Assembly (NCBI GenBank): GCA_048013815.1
Contig: CM106586.1
Coordinates: 16,864,001-16,928,000, forward strand
Source of the DNA: Setoptus koraiensis
Lineage: Eukaryota > Animalia > Arthropoda
Reading direction: 5' to 3'
Length of the DNA: 64,000 nucleotides
Below, in pieces: positions 35,275-44,460 of the stretch. Each line of letters opens with the position of its first letter. The stretch's first letter is position 1. Made by a program: the position numbers and the translations under genes. The notes under the pieces are model-generated. The model had not been told where the DNA came from. It saw only the letters and a program-made list of their open reading frames with translations, and did not search any database.

Positions 35275-37440
35275 ATGCCCCCAAAATTGGGGCCACTTGG
35301 GCCTCGCTGCACCAAAAACGGATATTTGAACATGGTGCCACGCGTAATAAACCTTAGTGACTTGTCCTGCCTACAGGACCCAGTCATTAAAGACCTGACG
35401 GAGTGGGGCGTCATTGACGACGACGACGACGAATATATGGACGCTACAACCTTGAGCAAGTCAATGCTATCCGACGAACTAATTGACACTGTCAACAAAC
35501 CTGTTCAATCTGTGTCCACACTACAGCAACTTACCAAGGACACGCTCAAAGAACTGGAGCCTCAAGACTACAAATACGAGGATATTCCTCTTGCACAAAC
35601 GCACCAAATGCAAGAACCACTGACACCCACGCCCATGGCCCCCACATACACCAAGCCAGCCAGTTCATCGGCTGATGCGCCAATTGATGCTGGCATACAA
35701 GAAAAGCAGGAGCAACACATTTGGCAAAACAATCAACATGTAATGCCGCAAACGATAGCAAACGCCATAACTATGTGCTCAGAGGACATAGTGGAGACTG
35801 TGATGGATCTAATGAAGAAACGCGACGGCGTGCTGGCTTTTGGAACCGTCGAAAGCGTCTACTCATTCAGATCCATTCAGTGCTCGTTCAAGATGAGCTC
35901 AAGAGCAGATGAGGGAACCATTGGTATCTACCGACTATGTCGCTTTGATTCGGCAATAGTACATGAGGACATTAACAAGGCAGTTATCATCGACTCTCAT
36001 AGACGAAGATTAGCATTCTGTTGTCCAAAAGATCTTATAGATGAACATGAATATTATCAATTTTGCTTCAAGAATATAGCACAGCACCTTGTTGTCGCCA
36101 GTCTACCCTTCAAGATCATGATAGATGAGTTCGGTTCGCGTTCAATTCTCGGACAAGCTCAGCTAGAAAAATTGGATTGTCTAGCATTGGAAGATGACCC
36201 CATCGCGCAGGGTGGTGCTAATAATTCAAATCCCGAAGAGGACGACGACGAGGGCGAATTCGTTGTTGTTAGATCAAAGAAGATATTGCTGGAAGAAAAG
36301 ATACGTGAGCTCAGCGCTCACATTAGTGTCGTTGAACACGATAGGGCGTCAAAACGCGATCTTATCAATATTTTGCAATCTGAACTAGATCACCTCAAGG
36401 AAAAGGTGTCACGGCTTGAGTTGACTCAAAGGAACTCCGAATCAAAAGTAAAGGTCCTAACTAAAGCTCTTGAAGACAGTCAAGAGAAATTGTCAACTAG
36501 TGATAAGAAAATAGCATCATTAACAGCAAGCCTAGAAGAGGAAAGATCATCCTTTAAGATATCACAGCAAGAGTCTAACGCTGCTAAGGCTGCCAGAGAT
36601 GCGTACACATATTCCTTGAAGCTAAATGTAAACGACCTAGAGCGTCAAGTGAAATCGTTAGAGAACCTAGTGTCAGGTTTAACAAGCGCGTTTCACCTAG
36701 AAAAAATTGCAAATGAAAAGAGACAAGAAGAGATGAAAACAACAGTTGAAAAAGAGCAACAGAAATACGCTGACATATATGGTTTATGGTCCGAATTAAA
36801 ATCGAAACACGATCAGTTAGCTGTGGAAAAATCGCATTTGGAGGAGATTGTGTCGCAAAAATGTAAAATATTTGCAGAACAAGAGGAACAGTCGTCAGCT
36901 AACATCCGACAACTGAAGGCTCGCCTCTCGCAAGCTGCAGAGGAGTACGAAGAATTATTCAGAAAGAATTACAGATTGGAAAAAAAGTATAATCAAATGC
37001 AATCCAAAATGACTTTAATGTCTACCAAGACAAGTGACGACTCTGATAGTACGACAAACAAAAGTACTAGTCAATCGAGATCTATTTTAGCTGAAATTAC
37101 CGGGGAAATATCTAAGGAAAGTGACAAAAACCACTTTTGTGACAGTTTAGACGTCTTGGACAATTTGATCAGCAAAATCAAATTTCAACAACAAAAGCCA
37201 CCAGTATCACCGGAACCAATACCAAGATCGTCCTATTCTTTTGACATTTCGTCAATGATAAATGCTCTATTGACGAATCCCTTAAATCTCTCAGAAAAAT
37301 GTTCTCAATGCAAGAGTGAGACCACTAATGGAAATCCTTGCTCGGCCTGTCATACCATACCAAAGGAGATGCTGATCAGAGATGTGGGTGCGCCGAGTGG
37401 CACCCCTCATTTAAAGAGCAACAAGGACAAAGTCAATTGA
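35275..37440 (+). CDS. TAX1BP1/CALCOCO-like SKICH and coiled-coil protein (selective autophagy receptor family), single exon, 721 aa
   Basis: SKICH-like region (IGIYRL..EYYQFCF..ASLPF), an acidic DDDEGEFVVV motif directly after it, a long heptad coiled coil (RLSQAAEEYEELFRKNYRLEKK) and a C-terminal Cys cluster. Confidence 0.65.
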   Translation: MPPKLGPLGPRCTKNGYLNMVPRVINLSDLSCLQDPVIKDLTEWGVIDDDDDEYMDATTLSKSMLSDELIDTVNKPVQSVSTLQQLTKDTLKELEPQDYKYEDIPLAQTHQMQEPLTPTPMAPTYTKPASSSADAPIDAGIQEKQEQHIWQNNQHVMPQTIANAITMCSEDIVETVMDLMKKRDGVLAFGTVESVYSFRSIQCSFKMSSRADEGTIGIYRLCRFDSAIVHEDINKAVIIDSHRRRLAFCCPKDLIDEHEYYQFCFKNIAQHLVVASLPFKIMIDEFGSRSILGQAQLEKLDCLALEDDPIAQGGANNSNPEEDDDEGEFVVVRSKKILLEEKIRELSAHISVVEHDRASKRDLINILQSELDHLKEKVSRLELTQRNSESKVKVLTKALEDSQEKLSTSDKKIASLTASLEEERSSFKISQQESNAAKAARDAYTYSLKLNVNDLERQVKSLENLVSGLTSAFHLEKIANEKRQEEMKTTVEKEQQKYADIYGLWSELKSKHDQLAVEKSHLEEIVSQKCKIFAEQEEQSSANIRQLKARLSQAAEEYEELFRKNYRLEKKYNQMQSKMTLMSTKTSDDSDSTTNKSTSQSRSILAEITGEISKESDKNHFCDSLDVLDNLISKIKFQQQKPPVSPEPIPRSSYSFDISSMINALLTNPLNLSEKCSQCKSETTNGNPCSACHTIPKEMLIRDVGAPSGTPHLKSNKDKVN

Positions 37441-37740
37441 GGAGCGTAAACGAAGAGGTGCTTTACACGACAGAGGGACAACAATCTGTAAAAATTGTGC
37501 ATATCATAAACTTGTGTACATGTATCAAACTCAACTAATCACCATATGATATTTCTTTCTTATTTCTATTTGATTGCTATTAACAATATGTCAGGATAAA
37601 ATAAAATCACTAATTGTGCCCGAGTTATGTAACAGGATATAAGCTTTTCAGAACAATAATAAAGTTTCATCCAACAGGCTGCATAAAACTAATAACTGAT
37701 CCAACTAATTCTTTTTTTTTGACCTCACTATAATTGCCTC

Positions 37741-37820
37741 GTTAAAATTTGATAAAATTCGATAAAATTTGATAAAATGTGATAAAATTCGATAAAATTT
37801 GATAAAATTCGATAAAGTTC
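37741..37820. repeat. 10-bp tandem array, 8 copies
   Basis: Unit GATAAAATT(T/C). Confidence 0.9.
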
Positions 37821-39281
37821 CATTGGTCACTCCTTCTCCGAAATGATGCAACTTTTTAACCTTTAGTCGACGCGCAACTAGGTGTTAGGTGGTTTACTGT
37901 CTATGCACTGAATGAGAAGTCTCCCTGAATAGTCTACATCTGGTTCGATAACTGCCCTCAAGAGGCGCTCTTCGCGTAGAGAAGACGCTCGGCAAAGCTT
38001 AGACTGTTTCGATAAATGTTTCGTTTTGTTCGATAAATGCTCACAAGTGAACATGTGTAGTTGATGAGCGACCTGGTAATTGAAGCAATCTTGTCAGCGC
38101 ACGGCTAACAATTCGATCATTGTCCATAATAGAGTGCATCAGGGATGTACCCTAGCGGATTCATCCTGAATCAAGTCGAACGTCATTAGAAATAGCACAC
38201 AGCGTGAAAGTTCGATGGTGCAGCTCTATCTGCGTGGCTCTATCTGAGTTGCGTCCATTCAATTCTCATCAATAGTTCGGCCATTGTGAACTGTAGACGC
38301 ATACACTTACACACACTCACACACACACAGACAAACCACAGACACATCTAAAAAAGAAACCACCAGACACATACTATTATGTAGTGTCCAGTACGGATGA
38401 ACAAGTCCTAATTTTAACAAGATAGTAGAATAGACAACCCATAGACTATAGATGGGAGTTTTGGGAATTCGTCATCATTGTTATCGATTTTGTTATATCA
38501 AGTGATGGAATTCTAGATTACAACATCCACCACTCACTAGATTAGATTGTAATTGACACATGAAACTGCATTAGGATTGCTCTATTATCGACAATCACTG
38601 TGTCTGGAGCCATCAACCTGGCCATGGATATTTGATACTCTCAACGATGAGAAATAGATTGATTTAAACCATGACACATAGCTTGGCTTTCAGAGGCTAG
38701 GGGAACGAAAAAGAAAGACTTCAAGAAGTGATTGGACAGCACCATTTATACACGTTTGCAAGATCATTTAGTTTCTATTATTATTATCTTTTAAAGCATC
38801 TACAAAACAGAGAGAAAATACCAAGTACAGCGATATAATTTGATAATAATCATCGACATTGGCAATACAACGATTATCGCCAATCATCACGAACCACGCC
38901 AATGAAAACTTTTTTATCACATTCGGACAAACAAGATAACGTCGTAGATCAATTGACTTGAGGGCACGCTAACACTTACACACGGTTATGTTGACATGTA
39001 TAATTGTAGGATGTCTAAAAACGCACTCATTCACTGGTTACAAAACTCCATTGCCAATTGAAACGTTGTTCCAATATTATTATTAAATCGCACATTATTG
39101 GCCATATAGGACAGATGCAACGGCCAACATCCTATTTTTTTGATTAATTTACACATGATTTGCATGCACAATGAATTCATCAAAACAACAACACAACAAT
39201 ACGACAAAATTTCCAACTATATTTTATTGACTAAAACCACTCAACTATTAGGTATATTCCATTTAGAATACTTAGCTCGGG

Positions 39282-42200
39282 ATGAATTTCACGAAAAAAT
39301 TAGGCTTTTGCTGTGATAAAATTGATGATTATGGAACGTATAATTGTAAACATGAAAAACAATTACTCAGACAGCTGACCGCCTCTACCATAACGTCCAT
39401 AGCAACGACAACTTGGTACCCCAATCCGTCTAGGAGAAGACATTTATTCCTCATTAATATTGCCATCCATTTTATGGCCGCCGTTTTGTTTGCTTGCAAT
39501 AGCCAGCTGTTTGTTATGTGCTCTATTAGAATGGACATAAAACACGAATATCCACTGCATGAGACCATAACACCTATGGTGGTATCGGACATTATCAATG
39601 TAACTTCATCAAACTCAGATGAGCAACAACAAGTAGAACAAAGACCCATTCTAATTCCACTGAACTCTAGTATAGCCTGTACATCAACACTAACCATTCA
39701 AATCGAAGCCTTCAAAAGTACATTTGTGATAAATTTAGAGAAAAACAAACGCCTCATTAGTGATAGGTTCTTTCAGGTTTCTCATAGCAGTCAAGGCTTC
39801 AAACCTATTGACAGGAGAAAACAATCTCGCCTCCATGCTATCAAAGGCCACAACAAGCTCTCTGCCACTAAATACAATGATGATCACTGTCATTATCATG
39901 GAGTTGTCAATAATCAGACAGCATCTTTGTCTGCCTTGAGTATTGTTGGCTCTGCACTAAGTGGTTTCTTTTACGATGGTCAAGAGATGTATTTTTTAAA
40001 CAATGTCAAAGATAACACGCAAACGGTAATATTCAAGTCATCAGATAACTCATCCAAAACAATGCCAGAAGATACTGACTCCTCTTCGAGCAAGCAACCA
40101 ACGTTGGAATCGTCCCATGATAGGTTGCTTAGATCTAAAAGATCCAACTCTAGACCAACAGATGAAATCATCAAATATGAGCCTTTCGCGAGTAACTCAA
40201 CGTCATTGTTTGTCGAACTACTTATTGTTCATGATCATAGTCAATACATGGATTATAAGAAAAACAACACTACAATTGCCGAAAGAACGATGCAAATCGT
40301 TAATATCATGAATGCATTCTACAAACAATTGAATGTTTTCATCAGTCTTGTCGGTGTCATTCTTTGGACTGAAAAAGATGAGATTAAGCTGACAGATAAC
40401 GGGGATGAAACCTTGACCAATTTTCTAAAGTATCGTTATGAGAAACTTTTACCAAAGTATCACCACGATAATGCTCAACTCATTACTAGTAAGTAATCCA
40501 GCTAAGAAACTCATTTTCATTCATTCCAAAAAAGTCTAAAATTATGAATGAGCTGACCAATCAATCTATTACTTTTTGAAGGTACATCTTTCAATGGAAG
40601 TGTCGTTGGTAAAGCTCTTAAGGGTCCCATCTGCACCTATGAACATTCAGGTGGAGTCAATACAGACCATAGTCACTACGCAGCTGTTGTTGCTGCCACA
40701 CTTGCACATGAACTCGGTCATAACTTCGGAATGCAACATGATGAAGATGGAAAGTGCAGTTGTCCTGAAGAAAAGTGTATAATGTCCGCGTCGTCTAGCC
40801 CTACAAGTCCGAAATTTTGGTCATCATGTTCCATAGATTACTTAGAGGACTCGAGAAAACACGGGTATCTAGATTGTTTGAAGAATAAACCATTGCATTT
40901 ATTCGGGCCTGTTTGTGGAAACGGCTTTGTTGAAGAAGGTGAAGACTGTGATCCTGGAGTACCAATTTCATCATTTACTGGAAGAAACAGGAAAAACACT
41001 AATAGTAAGAATTGCACAGCCGGTCTGCAAAACTGTGATCTAGTCAATCGTTGTTGCGATAGATTGACATGTAAATTCACCGCCAATTCTACTTGTTCTG
41101 ATGGTCCATGTTGTGATAGATCTTCTTGTTCGATCATCAATGCAACAGTGTCTAAAATCTGCCGACCTCGTCAGACCGAATGTGATCTCGAGGAAACATG
41201 TGACGGTGTTAGCGAGTTCTGTCCAGATGATGTTTATTATCATGATGGCATTGAGTGTGCATCTACTCTCAATGTCGACAATCATAAATTGAATATCAAT
41301 CGTACTCGTGCCTATTGTTATAAAGGAAAATGTGCTAGTCATGAATCTCAATGCCAACTTCTCTGGGGGCCAACAGGTCAGGTTTCTAAGGATATTTGTT
41401 TCAATCAAAACGTTCAGGGCAATACTAGTGGAAATTGTGGTTATGATAGAAGTAACAAAATTTATAGACCCTGCGACGAGGGTGACAAGCTTTGCGGTAT
41501 GCTTCATTGTATGCACCAACAGGAGGGCTTGGATAAGGACAGAAAAGGCACAGGGAAACTGGAGTATGGATTCGAACAAGCTTCATTATTATCCAGATCT
41601 TACTACACTTTGTCTAGTAAGCCCACAATTGATTGCCGAGGAGCAATCATAGATGCTGGCCCTGGTATCCGTGATCCAGGTCTAGTTCCAGATGGAGCGT
41701 CGTGTGGAAATGAGAAAATGTGCGTAAATACAAGATGTATTCCTTTGAATGATGTCTTCTCTCAAGATTGGTGCCCCTCCAGTTGCAATGGTAATGGCAT
41801 TTGTGATAATAGAGGAGTGTGTCATTGTACTGATGGGACTAAAGGCACTAGTTGTTTCCGTTTATTTGGCGCAGGATTCCATTTCTCCGTTGCATTATAC
41901 ATGATATTGTTTTTTGTACCTTTAGTTGCCTTAATAATTTATGTCATCAATCATTTTCAAGAGCACATCAAGAATTGGTGGTTTTTGCAAAACCGCAAAA
42001 AAGCTTTAAAGAATCGAGCAAAAAAAGAGTCAAGTAGAAGAAATCTGAAACTTCCACAGGCCACCAATAGAAATAACATCACTATAAGCGATCCTTTACC
42101 ATTGGAAACTAAGACAACACCAGCCTATGACCCAACTCTCGACCCATGGGGAGATAATTCTGGAGGATATAAACTGGAGAATATAAGGCGCGAAGATCCT

Positions 42201-42365
42201 AATAATTATAGAGTCATGACAAATGGTGATATGCGACCAGGTGAGTTTTCAAAGTGCAGTGAACATAGATTAACAGGAAGTATTTTCCCGAGATTAATGT
42301 CTTTTTTCTCTTTCTCTCTCTCTCTCAAAGTACGAACGGCCCCACCTCCTCCCCAGCAACCATAA
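39282..42365 (+). CDS. ADAM metalloprotease-disintegrin (meltrin/ADAM12-like), 3 exons (39282-40488, 40582-42240, 42331-42365), ~966 aa
   Basis: Prodomain with HCHYHG, furin site RSKR, ELLIVHD, zinc motif HELGHNFGMQHD, Met-turn CIMS, disintegrin CGNGFVEEGEDCD, Cys-rich CGMLHC, EGF-like CNGNGICDNRGVCHC and a TM helix. Introns are phase-1 GT-AG of 93 and 90 nt. Confidence 0.9.
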
Positions 42366-42440
42366 CCTAAATCAACCAGACGGATAAAGTTAACTGGTTT
42401 CTGCTCTGAGCTAACCTGATGCAAGAGATATCAACTACTA

Positions 42441-42655
42441 CCATTCAACCAAATACTTGATGAGTTTTGTTTATTTTCCAGACTCTGTCACGTGCCAATA
42501 TCGACAACATATCATAATGCTACGAAGATTTTCTTAGTTTTTGCATTTGTCTATTTATTGTTTATTTTTTTCTACATTCTCTTACCAAGTTCTTCTTTTA
42601 ACAAAGAATTTTCATTTTTGAGGTTATCTATCTCTTTTAGGAGACGCTCTCTCTC
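42441..42655 (-). pseudogene. Duplicated fragment of the BLTP3 3' end (last ~26 codons plus 3'UTR)
   Basis: Direct repeat of 44339-44544 with a few substitutions and two small indels; encodes ERERLLKEIDNLKNENSLLKEELGKRM*. Confidence 0.85.
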
Positions 42656-42782
42656 TTCCGCTCGATGTATCGTCTCCGTGGTTCGTGTTAGTTTTGGCCG
42701 ATTGCAAGTGCAGACTGAATGTGATAATTGTTTGAAATTGGCCGAAACTAACCATGGAGATGATACGTCGAGCTGATGATCG

Positions 42783-42788
42783 AATAAA
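42783..42788 (+). promoter_or_regulatory. Likely poly(A) signal of the ADAM gene
   Basis: First AATAAA I found on the plus strand after the stop at 42365. Confidence 0.45.
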
Positions 42789-43189
42789 CAAACGCAAATC
42801 ATTGTTTCGATTCGAAACTCTTATAATTATTTGTTGATCGTATCGGATGATGTTGAGATGCCCAAAATTTGATCAACATAAAATTGAAAACTATTCAAAG
42901 TCAACACAAGCACGAAATGTTAACCATTTCTCACAAATAGTCAACACTTGACATCCTCACAGACATTGCGATCAAAATCAGTCAAAGCTAAATCACAGTT
43001 GAAGTACTTGTTGTCCCCTCAGTCGATGGACTGAGGCGGGGAGATCGTAGGTCAGGAAGGAGCTGTTGATTTACTACTCCTCAGTTCTCCCTCAATCTTC
43101 CAAATCTCCGGAAAACTAAAGAAAAAGAAAAACTTCAGCTGGCGAGAAAAAAAGTGTGACCAATATCGTGACCAATATCGTGACAAATA

Positions 43190-43480
43190 AAGGGTGTTTC
43201 AATCAGAACCTGGATCAATAAAACACACTGTGCTGCTCGCTAGCACATATTCTTTCCGAAGTGGTGATCAAATGAAATTCGGCACAACAAATCAGATAGA
43301 CTGTGTTGAGGTCGAGAAAAGTCCCATTCGCTTGGCACAACTAATTATTTCGCGCTGCACATAGTCTCTTTCTGCACGCTGTAACTTCCAGAATGCATCG
43401 ACAAATATCGAAAAATAAAGCACTGTGGAAGGCAGCGTAGCATAATCAGTTCAAATCCAGGTTCTGATTGAAACACCCTT
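43190..43480. mobile_element. Non-autonomous MITE, probably Tc1/mariner-derived, 291 bp
   Basis: Perfect 26-bp terminal inverted repeats AAGGGTGTTTCAATCAGAACCTGGAT / ATCCAGGTTCTGATTGAAACACCCTT, with TA on both sides (43188-89, 43481-82) and no internal ORF. Confidence 0.8.
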
Positions 43481-43577
43481 TATTATGACCTATCGATAGT
43501 GTGACATTTCTCCTTAAAAGTATAAAGATCTACGTTCGTAACCTCCCTACGATCTAAAGTACAGCCAACGACATCTT

Positions 43578-43677
43578 CATAATGTCTAAACTATTATCAT
43601 AATGTCTCAACTATTATCATAATGTCTAAACTATTATCATAATGTCTAAACTATTATCATAATGTCTAAACTATTAT
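43578..43677. repeat. 20-bp tandem array, 5 copies
   Basis: Unit CATAATGTCTAAACTATTAT. Confidence 0.9.
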
Positions 43678-43690
43678 TGATTATTGTCTT

Positions 43691-43919
43691 GTTAGCAGTA
43701 GTAGTGAATCACTACTAGTTAGCAGTAGTAGTGAATCACTTCTAGTTAGCAGTAGTCGTGAATCACTTCTAGTTAGCAGTAGTAGTTAGCAGTAGTAGTG
43801 AATCACTTCTAGTTAGCAGTAGTAGTTAATCACTTCTAGTTAGCAGTAGTAGTTAATCACTTCTAGTTAGCAGTAGTAGTTAATCACTACTAGTTAGCAG
43901 TAGTAGTTAATCACTACTA
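43691..43919. repeat. 27-bp tandem array (~8.5 copies) with an internal palindrome
   Basis: Unit GTTAGCAGTAGTAGT(G/T)AATCACT(A/T)CTA; one 13-bp partial copy at 43772-43784. Confidence 0.9.
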
Positions 43920-44460
43920 GTGATGGCCGTTACTCTATCGGAGCATCAAGTGTCATGTCAGAGCAAGTTTCCCCCAGTCGGAGGCCGCCGCTCAGCATCA
44001 ATAGAGGTACCGAAAATGGACGCGCCAACCCTACAACGAGCGTCCGTTAATCCTTTGGACGCCGTTAAATCATTCCGAGATGTCTCGGGCCAGATTATCA
44101 ACAAAGCAGCTAGCTCCAGCAAAGTGAAACGTCAAGTTCATGTTAAAACTGGGGATTCTTCTCTATCAACAACATGTACGGGCCGATATTCTTGCATGGT
44201 ACATGTAGTTCACATCACTCCAAATATTACCCTGAGTGGCCACAGCATTAATCAAACAGACTTCGTACGATGTAAGGTCACTTTCAGATTTTTTTGAAAA
44301 ACGTGTCTACACCTCTTTTGAGAATGATTGTAAATTTGCCATTCAACCAAATACTTGATGAGTTGTTTATTTTCCAGACTCTGTCACGTGCCAATATCGA
44401 CAACATATCATAATGCTACGAAGACTTTCTTAGTTTTTGCATTTGTCTATTTATTTTTTT

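Noticed and set aside
43431-43459. tRNA gene (GGCAGCGTAGCATAATCAGTTCAAATCC has A- and B-box-like pieces)
   Set aside because: There is no anticodon arm or acceptor stem, the spacing is far too short, and it overlaps the MITE TIR.
43691-43919. CRISPR array, because the repeats are palindromic and 27 bp long
   Set aside because: The units are head-to-tail with no unique spacers, there are no cas genes, and the context is eukaryotic.
43920-44297. 125-aa ORF beginning at the end of the 27-bp array
   Set aside because: No recognisable motif or signal; its start is created by the repeat edge.
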